Assembly (NCBI GenBank): GCA_045653945.1
Contig: JAZOML010000033.1
Location: 8,798 to 72,797 of the forward strand
Source of the DNA: Eubacteriales bacterium
Lineage (GTDB): Bacteria > Bacillota > Clostridia > Oscillospirales > CAG-272
DNA: 64,000 nt
Reading direction: 5' to 3'
Shown: piece after piece, positions 44,654 through 53,408 of the stretch
How the letters are laid out: every line of letters starts with the position of its first letter
Position numbering within the stretch: position 1 is the stretch's first letter
Notes under the pieces: model-generated
What the model saw: only the letters and a program-made list of their open reading frames with translations
Database searches by the model: none
Told to the model about the DNA's origin: nothing
Translations under genes and position numbers: made by a program

Positions 44654-46408
44654 ATGTTTACTTACACAAGAGATGAAATAAAAGCGGCGCTTGACGCAGG
44701 CAGCAAGGACGCGCTTAAAATAACCGATGCCAAGATTGCCGAAATGAAGGCAAATCCGCAGCTTAAATTTGCTCACGGTCGCCTTGCAGAGTGTCGCGAG
44801 TTTTACGGCAAAATGGAAATTCCGAGCATTTCGTTTACGCAGTTCAACCGTTTCTACGTAGACGGCGACAGAGCCGCTTATGAAAGAGAATACTTCCGCC
44901 GCCGCGGACACCTCAAAACGTGGGCAATCTCTCTCTTATTTGATAAGGAAAACAAGGAATACAAGCAACGCCTCGAGGACACCATCTGGGCAATCTGCGA
45001 CGAATTTACTTGGTGCTTGCCCGCTCACTACCACCTCGACGTGCACGAAATTGACCTTTTCGGTTGTGAAACAACCGGCGCACTTGCCGAGGTAATCTTC
45101 CTTGTGGGCGACCTGCTTCACCCGTGGGTAGTAGAAAGAGCGAAAAAGGAGCTTATGCGCCGCGGAATTGAACGCTTTGAGGAACACACCGACAGCGAAT
45201 TCCTTTGGGCTGATCCTGCAAGAAGACAGGGTAACTGGACAACCGTTTGCTCTGGCTCGCTCGGTATTGCCGCGATGTGTATGCTCGACGATAATGACCG
45301 ACTTGCAGATATGCTTGCTCGTATAAATAAAATAATGGAGCTTTACTTTGCCGCTTACCCCGACGACGGTGCATGCCCCGAGGGATTTGGCTACTGGGGT
45401 TACGGCTTTGGCTTCTTTACCGCCTACGCCGACACACTTTATAAGCGTACAAACGGTATGGTTAACCTCTTTAAATTTGAAAAGGTTCGCCTTTTTGCTT
45501 CTTTCCCTGCAAAGCTGCTCTTTGACGGCAGCAGATGCGTGGCGTTCTCCGACAGCGGTAGCTATGGCGGAATGTCGCTTTCGCTCACCTCGGCGCTCAA
45601 GCAGTACTACCCCGAGCTTTATATCCCCTCAACCACCAACTTCGGTTGCGATATCGAGGTCGAGGGCTGCCACCGCTTTACCACCAACCTTCGCACGTTA
45701 ACTTGGGTTGCGGGCGAGCTTGAAAAGGAAGAGGCAGGTGCAAAAACATATATTCTTGATAAGGTACAGTGGTATATTTCCTCAAGTGCCGATAAGGTGG
45801 GATTTTGTTGTAAGGCAGGTCATAACGACGAGCACCACAACCACAATGACGTCGGACACTTCCAAATATTCAAGGCGGGTGAGGAATTCTTTGCCGACTT
45901 TGGCGCAGGTGTTTACAGCGGACCGTACTTCGGTAGAGAACGCTACACCTTTATTCAAGCGGGCTCGCAGGGACACAGTGTTCCGATAATCAACGGCAAA
46001 TATCAAAAATTTGGTAAGGAGTACGCCGCAAAGGACGTTTTGTTTAGCGACGAGGGTATGATAGCCGATATTTCGGGCGCATACGCCATTGACGAGCTGA
46101 AAACTCTTAACCGTACCTTTAAATTTAATAAGGAAACCTCTACCGTCTACGTAAAAGACGAGTTTGAGCTTGCAGGTGATAATATTCCCGTAACCGAGCG
46201 ATTTGTTTCGTGGAAGAAGCCCGAAATCACTGACGGAAAGGTAACACTTACTGCAAAAAACGGTATGTCGATGTCGCTTTACTTTGATGCAAACGTATTT
46301 GACGCAAGCTTTGAGGCTATCGACTCGGGCAAGGGAACGGTTTACGTAACCGACCTTGCAGTAAAAGAGCCGAGAGCAAATATGACGGTAGAATTTGAAA
46401 TCAAATAA
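44654..46408 (+). CDS. Heparinase II/III-like (polysaccharide lyase-like) protein
   Basis: An alpha/alpha toroid-like N-terminal half, then a beta-rich half with HNDEHHNHNDVGHFQIF, the histidine cluster typical of the Hepar_II_III family. I prefer ATG 44654 (GGAAAGGAAAG Shine-Dalgarno). Confidence 0.6.
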   Translation: MFTYTRDEIKAALDAGSKDALKITDAKIAEMKANPQLKFAHGRLAECREFYGKMEIPSISFTQFNRFYVDGDRAAYEREYFRRRGHLKTWAISLLFDKENKEYKQRLEDTIWAICDEFTWCLPAHYHLDVHEIDLFGCETTGALAEVIFLVGDLLHPWVVERAKKELMRRGIERFEEHTDSEFLWADPARRQGNWTTVCSGSLGIAAMCMLDDNDRLADMLARINKIMELYFAAYPDDGACPEGFGYWGYGFGFFTAYADTLYKRTNGMVNLFKFEKVRLFASFPAKLLFDGSRCVAFSDSGSYGGMSLSLTSALKQYYPELYIPSTTNFGCDIEVEGCHRFTTNLRTLTWVAGELEKEEAGAKTYILDKVQWYISSSADKVGFCCKAGHNDEHHNHNDVGHFQIFKAGEEFFADFGAGVYSGPYFGRERYTFIQAGSQGHSVPIINGKYQKFGKEYAAKDVLFSDEGMIADISGAYAIDELKTLNRTFKFNKETSTVYVKDEFELAGDNIPVTERFVSWKKPEITDGKVTLTAKNGMSMSLYFDANVFDASFEAIDSGKGTVYVTDLAVKEPRANMTVEFEIK

Positions 46409-46461
46409 ATAAATAAATAAATAAATAAATAAACGAGGTCGATGACCTCGTTTATTTATTT
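46402..46461. repeat. (AAAT)7 microsatellite merging into an 18-bp perfect palindromic bidirectional terminator
   Basis: AAAT x7 (46402-46429) overlaps the TAA stop at 46406-46408. AAATAAATAAACGAGGTC-ga-GACCTCGTTTATTTATTT forms the terminator stem. Confidence 0.85.
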
Positions 46462-47295
46462 ACCGTCTATATTTTCTTTTGCAATTCTACCGTCCTTAAG
46501 AAGTGAACGAAGAGTGTCCTTATCGCCGTTTGCGATGGCATTGCGGTAATCGCTTAAATTCTTTATTATAGTGTCAATTTCAAACAGAAGTGGTTCTTTA
46601 TTTTCAAGAAAAAGCTCTGACCACATATTTTCATTTAACCACGCAACACGGGTTAAATCCTTGTATGAGCCTGCCGAAAAGCCCTTGTGTACCTTTGCGG
46701 TAGGACTTTTTACGTAAGCGTTTGAAACTATGTGCGCAAGCTGAGAGGTAAACGCAATTATCCTGTCGTGTGTGCTTGCATCGGTTACACTGATTGAACC
46801 AAAGCCGCAGGGCAAGAGTATTTGCTTTATGCTGTCAAGAAATTCAATATCATCGTATTTTGGCGGTACGATAACCATAGGTGCGCCCTTGAAAAGCTCT
46901 GCACTTGCGTACTTAAATCCCGAAAGATGCTTTCCTGCCATCGGGTGTCCGCCGACAAAGGTAAAGTCATACTTTTCAGCAAGGTCAAATCCTATCTCAC
47001 AAACCTGCTTTTTTGTGCCGCACAAATCCATTACAAATTGTTTTTTTGCAAATACGTTGGCGTAATTTTGCAAAAAATCCACCGTTGCCTTTGGGTATAT
47101 AGCAATAAAAATTGCATCGCACGTAGTAATTGTTTTTTCATTTAAAATCCCGTCAACTACACCCGATAGCTGCGCAAAGCCGAGTGTGGTTGCATCGCTA
47201 TCAAACGCAAAAATCTCACATTCGCAATTTTTTCTAAATGCCTTTGCTACCGAGCCGCCGATTAGCCCAAGCCCGACAATACCAATTCTTTTCAT
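46456..47295 (-). CDS. tyrA: Prephenate dehydrogenase
   Basis: IGIVGLGLIGGS Rossmann motif, HPMAGK catalytic motif, and a C-terminal PDH dimerisation domain. Confidence 0.9.
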   Translation of the reverse strand: MKRIGIVGLGLIGGSVAKAFRKNCECEIFAFDSDATTLGFAQLSGVVDGILNEKTITTCDAIFIAIYPKATVDFLQNYANVFAKKQFVMDLCGTKKQVCEIGFDLAEKYDFTFVGGHPMAGKHLSGFKYASAELFKGAPMVIVPPKYDDIEFLDSIKQILLPCGFGSISVTDASTHDRIIAFTSQLAHIVSNAYVKSPTAKVHKGFSAGSYKDLTRVAWLNENMWSELFLENKEPLLFEIDTIIKNLSDYRNAIANGDKDTLRSLLKDGRIAKENIDGK

Positions 47296-47305
47296 ACGCT
47301 TTACC

Positions 47306-48307
47306 TCATTTTATAGCTACAAGCACTTTATTTACTGCACACACAACCTCGTCAAATTGCTCGGGAGTGAGGGACTGAGCGCCGTCGCAAAGAGCATTTT
47401 TGGGGTCATTATGCACCTCTATCATAAGTCCCTTTGCGCCGCAGGCTGCAGCAGCAAGAGCCATTGGACGAACGAGTCTTGCCACACCCGTTGCGTGGCT
47501 AGGGTCAACGATAACGGGTAGATGCGTTAACTCCGAAAGAACGGGAACGGCGGATAGGTCAAGCACGTTACGGGTGTAATTGTCGTAGCTTCTGATACCT
47601 CTTTCGCAAAGGATAATATTTTCTTTTCCGCCCGCCATAATGTATTCGGCGCTCATTAAAAATTCCTTTAAGGTTGCCGCAAGACCGCGTTTGAGCAAAA
47701 TAGTCTTTTTGGAGCGTCCAAGCTCCTTGAGTAACTCAAAATTTTGCATATTTCTTGCACCAATCTGCAAAATATCAACGTCTGAAAACAAATCCAGATG
47801 AGATGCGTCCATAATTTCGGTTACTACGGGCAGTCCCGTAGCTTTTTTTGCCTTTAAAAGAAGCTCAATTCCCTCGCTCTTAAGTCCTTGGAAATCGTAA
47901 GGTGAGGTTCGCGGTTTAAAAGCGCCCCCACGAAGTATCGTTGCACCGGATGCTTTGACCTTAGTTGCTATTTCGGTAAGCTGCTCCTCGCTTTCAATAG
48001 AGCAGGGTCCTGCCATAATAGAAAAAGTGTCGCCTCCAACTGTGGTATTATCAACCTTAATTACGGTATCGTCGGGATGAAATTTCCTGTTTGCACTTTT
48101 GAACGGCTCGCTTATACGCTTGACGCTTTCTACCATTTCGAGGCTTTCGAGCAGGTCGGCATCCACCCTTGCGGTGTCGCCTATAAGACCTATAACCGTT
48201 TGAAATTCACCGCGTGAGATGTGCACGTCAAGATTCTGGTTTTTAAGCCAAACGGTAAGGCTTTCGATTTGTTTTTCGGTTGCTCCGTGTTTTAAAACTG
48301 CTATCAT
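47306..48307 (-). CDS. aroF: 3-deoxy-7-phosphoheptulonate (DAHP) synthase, type I-beta with an N-terminal ferredoxin-like regulatory domain
   Basis: KdsA-like core with GPCSIES, LRGGAFKPRTSPY, IGARNMQN, KRG and DPSH motifs, preceded by a regulatory domain of about 70 aa as in Thermotoga-type DAHPS. Confidence 0.9.
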   Translation of the reverse strand: MIAVLKHGATEKQIESLTVWLKNQNLDVHISRGEFQTVIGLIGDTARVDADLLESLEMVESVKRISEPFKSANRKFHPDDTVIKVDNTTVGGDTFSIMAGPCSIESEEQLTEIATKVKASGATILRGGAFKPRTSPYDFQGLKSEGIELLLKAKKATGLPVVTEIMDASHLDLFSDVDILQIGARNMQNFELLKELGRSKKTILLKRGLAATLKEFLMSAEYIMAGGKENIILCERGIRSYDNYTRNVLDLSAVPVLSELTHLPVIVDPSHATGVARLVRPMALAAAACGAKGLMIEVHNDPKNALCDGAQSLTPEQFDEVVCAVNKVLVAIK

Positions 48308-48342
48308 TGTATTGTATCTCCTTTAAAAATCAAAATTAACGA

Positions 48343-48379
48343 AAAAAACAGCCCCGCAGTGTTCCTTACTGTGGGGCTG
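48343..48379 (-). terminator. Intrinsic terminator inside the aroF leader (attenuator)
   Basis: Minus strand reads CAGCCCCACAGT-aaggaac-ACTGCGGGGCTG (12 bp, one mismatch) followed by T7. It lies about 35 nt upstream of the aroF Shine-Dalgarno. Confidence 0.75.
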
Positions 48380-48423
48380 AAATTAATATCTATCAGAACG
48401 CAGCAAAAAGCACTATTACCATT

Positions 48424-48474
48424 TTAAAAATAGTAATAGTAGTAATATCCCTTTGCGTTTGCTCTTGTAAACAT
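48424..48474 (-). CDS. Candidate leader peptide MFTRANAKGYYYYYYF (16 codons)
   Basis: ATG 48474 has AAGGA 8 nt upstream. Six consecutive Tyr codons are followed by Phe, then TAA at 48426-48424. It sits between the promoter and the terminator upstream of aroF-tyrA. Confidence 0.6.
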   Translation of the reverse strand: MFTRANAKGYYYYYYF

Positions 48475-48520
48475 AATAAAAATCCTTTTCCTTTGACGGG
48501 GCTTTTATCCGTCTAAGGTT

Positions 48521-48549
48521 AATATAGCACTGTTTTGAAAATTTGTCAA
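48521..48549 (-). promoter_or_regulatory. Sigma-A promoter for the aroF-tyrA operon
   Basis: Minus strand reads TTGACA (48549-48544), 17 nt, TATATT (48526-48521). Confidence 0.65.
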
Positions 48550-48564
48550 GTGTTTTTTAAAAAT

Positions 48565-50580
48565 TTAAAACGGTTTTTTTGGCGGTTTGCCGTTGGGGAA
48601 AAACGGCGGCGGTGTAGCTTCAACGTGCTCGGAGTTTTCGATATAGCGCTTTGCCTGAGTGGAGAAGAGCGTATGGTACTTTCCTTTTGCTTCCATTAAC
48701 TCTTTATGGCTACCCTGCTCGATAAGCTCACCGTATTCAAGCACGAGAATTTTGTTTGCGGTTGTGGCGCTTGAAAGCCTGTGTGAAACGAAAATCGAGG
48801 TTTTATCCTTGCGGAGATGGTCAAATCTATTGAAGATTTCCTGCTCAGCCATCGGGTCAAGAGAGGCGGTAGGCTCGTCAAGGATAAGTATATCAGAATT
48901 AGCATAAAATGCTCTTGCGATAGAGAGCTTTTGCCACTGACCGATAGACGGTTCAATTCCGCCGTCCTCGAAAATTCTCATAAGAGGCGTATCGTATCCG
49001 TTGGGAAGCTTGGTAATAAACTCATCAGCATCGCTCGCTAAGGCGGCATCAATCACTCTTTCATCGTCTAGCTGACCGTCAAAATCACCGAAAGCAATGT
49101 TTTCCTTTGCGGTTACGGCGTATTTGCCGAAATCTTGGAATATGATACCGAACATCGAATAAAGCTGCTCGACGTCATATTCTCTTATATCGTGGCCGTC
49201 AAGCAAAATTTGACCTTCGGTTGGGTCGTAAAGTCGGGTAAGCAGCTTAACAAGAGTGGTTTTACCTGCGCCGTTAAGACCTACAAGCACAACCGTTTCT
49301 CCGGGTTCGATTTTGAACGAAACGTTTTTAATTACATCGCGCTCGGTATCGGGGTATCTAAAGGAAACGTTTTTAAATTCAATAACGTGGGGAATTTGCC
49401 GCTCAGGAATTCTCGGCGTATCAATTATAGGCTTAATGGTTTGCTCTCGCTTCATAAATACAATCATATTGTCAATAAAGAGTGTGCCCTCGTAAATGGT
49501 AGCCGTTGTGCCTATAAGCGTTCCGACGCCCCCCGAAATCCCGCTTAGAGCCGATACGTAAAGCGAATAGTTACCTACAAGCACGTTGCCACTGCAAACC
49601 TGAACGGCAATATAAATAAGTATAGCACAGTTTGCCACAGCGTTAAGGACAGTCAAGGCGATATGCCAAAGTCCCTCGGTTACAAAGAGCTTTTTCAGAC
49701 CTTTAAAGTATCTTTTAAAGGTTTCCTTGTACCTGCCTATAAAGACGTCGGAAAGTGAAAACATTTTGATTTCCTTTACCATATCCTTGTTAGTTATGAT
49801 AGAGGAATAGTAGTTCATAACACGTCTATCCTTGGAGCGACGGCGAATATAGTCAGCATTTTTCTTGCGATATATAAAATTAATGATAGCGGAGGGAATG
49901 GCGAGAATAACGATTATTGCAGGAGCAAGTGGACTAACCGCAATAAGGACAACAACAAACGAAATTATAGTGATAAGCGTACTGAAAATCTTGAATGTGG
50001 AGTTCAGTATCTGAACGGGGCGCATACCTGCCTCGCGGTTTGCATTTTCAAGCTTTTCGTAAAATTCGGTGGTGTCAAAGCTTGCAAGATCGACGCTTTT
50101 CGCCTTATTCATTATTTTAAGCTTTATGTGGTTAACAACAAGCTCACCGTAAATTCGGGTGAGAATAGTGTCGATATTTGTAATAATACTTTTTGCGAAG
50201 GTGAAAATAAGCTGAATAACAAGCCAAAAAATTATTGCTTTTCCTATATCGCTGGACATTATGCTTGAAACCTGCTCGCCGATGGTAGCATCAGGCACGC
50301 TCACCTCACCAAACGCCGCCACAAGAGAATTCAAAATATTTGCTGTGATAGCAGCGCCAAGCACGGGGATAATACCGTTGAATATTGCCATAAAAACCAT
50401 AACAAACAGTATCCAAGGTCCTGTTTCCCAAACCAGACCGAAAATATAAAACAGGCGCGAAAAGAAGCCTCCGAAAAGCGTTTTAAGGAAAGATGGAACT
50501 TCCTTTATACTTTTTGGAAGTGGTGGCTTTAATTTGTCATTTCCGCCTCCGAAGGGCGGGCCCATAAATCCGGGTCCCAT
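48565..50580 (-). CDS. ABC transporter ATP-binding/permease fusion protein (exporter type)
   Basis: Six-TM exporter domain, then an NBD with GLNGAGKTT, LSIGQWQK-type signature and ILILDEPTASLD. Gly/Pro-rich N- and C-terminal tails. Confidence 0.85.
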   Translation of the reverse strand: MGPGFMGPPFGGGNDKLKPPLPKSIKEVPSFLKTLFGGFFSRLFYIFGLVWETGPWILFVMVFMAIFNGIIPVLGAAITANILNSLVAAFGEVSVPDATIGEQVSSIMSSDIGKAIIFWLVIQLIFTFAKSIITNIDTILTRIYGELVVNHIKLKIMNKAKSVDLASFDTTEFYEKLENANREAGMRPVQILNSTFKIFSTLITIISFVVVLIAVSPLAPAIIVILAIPSAIINFIYRKKNADYIRRRSKDRRVMNYYSSIITNKDMVKEIKMFSLSDVFIGRYKETFKRYFKGLKKLFVTEGLWHIALTVLNAVANCAILIYIAVQVCSGNVLVGNYSLYVSALSGISGGVGTLIGTTATIYEGTLFIDNMIVFMKREQTIKPIIDTPRIPERQIPHVIEFKNVSFRYPDTERDVIKNVSFKIEPGETVVLVGLNGAGKTTLVKLLTRLYDPTEGQILLDGHDIREYDVEQLYSMFGIIFQDFGKYAVTAKENIAFGDFDGQLDDERVIDAALASDADEFITKLPNGYDTPLMRIFEDGGIEPSIGQWQKLSIARAFYANSDILILDEPTASLDPMAEQEIFNRFDHLRKDKTSIFVSHRLSSATTANKILVLEYGELIEQGSHKELMEAKGKYHTLFSTQAKRYIENSEHVEATPPPFFPNGKPPKKPF

Positions 50581-50605
50581 ACGTTTTTCTCCTTAATATC
50601 AAAAT

Positions 50606-51436
50606 TTAAAATCCTAAATTTGCAAAAAGCCTTGCTACGTAAATTTCAAGGTCGGAGGGTAGCATACTGCGTATCCCCATTTCAGCGGCGCACATAATTG
50701 AAGCAAAAGCGTGTACGGCGACTCCGATTACGGCAGCATCCTCGGCGCTGTATCCCTGCGCAAAAAATCCTGCAACAAGTCCAGCCAGCACGTCGCCGCT
50801 GCCACCCTTTGAGAGTCCCTCACTTGCTTTATCGGAAATATAGACGTTTCCGCTCGGCGTAGCGATTACGGTAAAGTAGTCCTTTAAAACAACGGTGCAA
50901 CCGTAAGCCTTTGCAAATTCAAGGGCATATTTTTCGCGATTTGCTTTAATTTCAACACAATCAAGCCCCGTAAGACGGGAAAATTCTCCAATATGCGGTG
51001 TTATGATATTACCGCATAGCGCTTCCTTTAACTTTGGATGCTGTGAAATGATATTAAGCGCATCTGCATCAAGTACTGCTTTTCCCGATACGTCAAAAAC
51101 TGCGGAAACTGCCCTTGCACTTTTAACTGACGTTCCAAGTCCGCAGCCTATAAGATAGTATCCGCTACCAATTTCAGTAATCTCTTGAGAGGCGTTTTCA
51201 GTTGGCAAAAAGGTGCAGGTAGGATGTCTTTTTGCAACCGATAAAATAACGCACTCGTTTGAAATCAGTCTTACAATGCCTGTACCGGTACGTAGAGCCG
51301 CACCAACGCAAAGGTCGGCAGCACCTCTGTATTTTTCGGAGCCTGCAACAACGTTAAGAAAACCGTTATCGCCCTTATGACAATCACGCGGCAGTTTTTT
51401 CAGCTTTTCGTTTAATAAGGCTTCGGTAATAATCAT
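50606..51436 (-). CDS. nnrD: ADP-dependent NAD(P)H-hydrate dehydratase (YjeF C-terminal domain only)
   Basis: KGDNG, ITPHIGEF and KGGSGDVLAGLVAG motifs of the ribokinase-like YjeF_C family. I prefer ATG 51436, which is 1 nt after the gpsA stop. Confidence 0.8.
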   Translation of the reverse strand: MIITEALLNEKLKKLPRDCHKGDNGFLNVVAGSEKYRGAADLCVGAALRTGTGIVRLISNECVILSVAKRHPTCTFLPTENASQEITEIGSGYYLIGCGLGTSVKSARAVSAVFDVSGKAVLDADALNIISQHPKLKEALCGNIITPHIGEFSRLTGLDCVEIKANREKYALEFAKAYGCTVVLKDYFTVIATPSGNVYISDKASEGLSKGGSGDVLAGLVAGFFAQGYSAEDAAVIGVAVHAFASIMCAAEMGIRSMLPSDLEIYVARLFANLGF

Positions 51437-51437
51437 A

Positions 51438-52403
51438 TTAAAATTCGCTCTTTTGTTTGCGAAGGAATAGCGATGTAAAGGCTTTCTTGGGATCTTTTCC
51501 ACCGTGAATTATATCGTTTACGACGGAACAAATCGGTAGCTCAACACCGTATTTTTCGCCAAGCGTAAGCACACTTCGTACAGTGTAAACACCTTCAGCA
51601 AGCTTGTCGTATGGTATTTTCTTAATAAATGCCTCACCAAAATAGCGGTTGTGCGAGTGAGCAGAAAAGAGAGTAGCCTCGTAGTCGCCGATATGACAAA
51701 GTCCGAAAATGCTGCGTTCATCTCCGCCCATAGCTGCGGTAAGACGTGCAATCTCGCGTGGCCCTCTTGCCATAAGTGCTCCCTTAAGCGACGTATATCC
51801 CATACCGTCAAGAATACCTGCAGCGATACCCATAACGTTTTTTGTTGCACCGCCAAGCTCACAGCCTATAAGGTCTGTGCTATAATAAAAACGAATAAGA
51901 GAAGAACCGAATAGTCCGCAAAGCTCTTTTGCATATTTTACGTCGGCAGAGCAGATAGTCATACAGTTTGGAACACCTCTGGTAAAGTCCTGAACGTGTC
52001 CTGGGCCAAGCCAAACCGCACACTTTGTAGCAGCGCCAAGTCCGTCGTATACCACCTCAGAGAGTCGTTTTCCACTGTTTTCGACGATACCCTTCATACA
52101 AAGCACGTACTTTTTGTCCTTTGCCTTTGGGGAAGTGTTGTTTAACTGCTCGATAAGGTTGGGGAAGCCTTGTGCGCCGATAGAAATAACGATAATTTCA
52201 GCGTGGTCGATTGCATAGCCAAGGTCAGAGGTAAACTCCATATCGTCCTGAATAGTTAAATATTCGTTTTTATGTGTATTTTTAAGTATCTCATAAGAAG
52301 GAGCGCCTTCTATTCCGTATATAAGCACACGATTGCCAAGGTTTTTTAAATACCAAGCAAGAAATGACCCCCATCTTCCGCATCCAATAACTGTAATATT
52401 CAT
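51438..52403 (-). CDS. gpsA: NAD(P)H-dependent glycerol-3-phosphate dehydrogenase
   Basis: N-terminal Rossmann ITVIGCGRWGSFLA, central KG and C-terminal HSHNRYFGE region, collinear with GpsA. Confidence 0.85.
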   Translation of the reverse strand: MNITVIGCGRWGSFLAWYLKNLGNRVLIYGIEGAPSYEILKNTHKNEYLTIQDDMEFTSDLGYAIDHAEIIVISIGAQGFPNLIEQLNNTSPKAKDKKYVLCMKGIVENSGKRLSEVVYDGLGAATKCAVWLGPGHVQDFTRGVPNCMTICSADVKYAKELCGLFGSSLIRFYYSTDLIGCELGGATKNVMGIAAGILDGMGYTSLKGALMARGPREIARLTAAMGGDERSIFGLCHIGDYEATLFSAHSHNRYFGEAFIKKIPYDKLAEGVYTVRSVLTLGEKYGVELPICSVVNDIIHGGKDPKKAFTSLFLRKQKSEF

Positions 52404-52725
52404 ATTTTTTCTCCTTGTCTAAAAAATTAGGATAGAAAGCGAATTTATTCACTAAAATTATATCATATTTTAAATAATATGTCAATAGAAGTTAAAATAA
52501 GTTATGTTATTAAGCAAATTTAATGATTAAATAAGGCTATATGTGTACTAAAAATTAAGTTTTTTTGTGAAAAAATACCAAAAAATTAATTATTTTTTGA
52601 TAAAATAAGTCAATTTTTAGCAAAAGCTATTGATTTTTTATAAAATAGATGTTATAATACTATCAAGAAGTGTACAAGGAATACAAAATACACTTTAATG
52701 TTTAATACGAAAGGATCTTATAAAA

Positions 52726-53001
52726 ATGAACAAGACCACTTTAATCGAAGCAGTAGCAGCAAAGGCAGATCTCAAAAAGGTAGACGCAGCAAATGCAGTT
52801 AACGCAGTTATCGCAGCAATCACCGACGCACTTGTAGCAGGCGATAAGGTTCAAATCGCAGGGTTTGGTACTTTTGAGGTAAAGGCAGTTGCAGAGCGTC
52901 AGGGCGTAAACCCCAAGACCGGCGAAAAGATCACTATCAAGGCAAGCAAGGCTGCTAAGTTCTCGGCAGGCAAAACCCTTAAGGATGCCGTTAACGCTTA
53001 A
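52726..53001 (+). CDS. hup: HU family DNA-binding protein
   Basis: MNKTTLIEAVA ... GFGTFEV ... RQGVNPKTGEKITI is the canonical HU arm. Confidence 0.95.
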   Translation: MNKTTLIEAVAAKADLKKVDAANAVNAVIAAITDALVAGDKVQIAGFGTFEVKAVAERQGVNPKTGEKITIKASKAAKFSAGKTLKDAVNA

Positions 53002-53022
53002 TTAATAGCATAAACTTCCTAA

Positions 53023-53055
53023 AAGCCGTTTTGCGTATGCAAGACGGCTTTTTTA
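53023..53055 (+). terminator. Terminator after hup
   Basis: AGCCGT...ACGGCT stem followed by TTTTTT. Confidence 0.6.
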
Positions 53056-53074
53056 TTTCAAAAGGCGGTAAAAT

Positions 53075-53338
53075 ATGAGACTTGATAAATATTTAAAGGT
53101 TTCAAGAATAATTAAAAGAAGAACGGTTGCCAACGGTGCCTGCGATGCCGAGCATGTAACGGTAAACGGAAGGGTAGCAAAGGCGTCTTACGACGTAAAG
53201 GAAGGCGATATAATTGAGGTTACCTTTGGTCAAAGAACGCTTAAAATCAAGGTTCTTGACGTAAAGGAGCATACCTTAAAGGCGGATGCCTCATCGCTTT
53301 ACGAGGTAATAGAGCAAAGCGTAAAGCCAAGACAGTAA
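53075..53338 (+). CDS. yabO: S4 domain RNA-binding protein (YabO-like)
   Basis: MRLDKYLKVSRIIKRRTVA is the S4 alpha-L motif. It precedes yabP-yabQ, as in Bacillus. Confidence 0.85.
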   Translation: MRLDKYLKVSRIIKRRTVANGACDAEHVTVNGRVAKASYDVKEGDIIEVTFGQRTLKIKVLDVKEHTLKADASSLYEVIEQSVKPRQ

Positions 53339-53342
53339 ATAA

Positions 53343-53371
53343 GCATAATTTGTCCGTTTTTTGCATACAGT
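53343..53371 (+). promoter_or_regulatory. Sigma-E-like sporulation promoter upstream of yabP
   Basis: GCATAATT (53343-53350), 13 nt, CATACAGT (53364-53371). This resembles the mother-cell sigma-E consensus (ATATT-like -35, CATACA-T -10). Confidence 0.4.
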
Positions 53372-53408
53372 TTGGTGTGTAAATTAAACTGTATGGGAGA
53401 AAACGTAT

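Noticed and set aside
46402-46432. AAAT tandem repeat considered as a CRISPR-like or regulatory array
   Set aside because: The unit is 4 nt with no spacers, so it is a simple microsatellite. No CRISPR repeat-spacer structure or cas gene occurs anywhere in the window.
53008-53030. ACTTCCTA word resembling the start of a Firmicute dif site downstream of hup
   Set aside because: Only the first 8 nt match the dif consensus. The remainder is the hup terminator stem.
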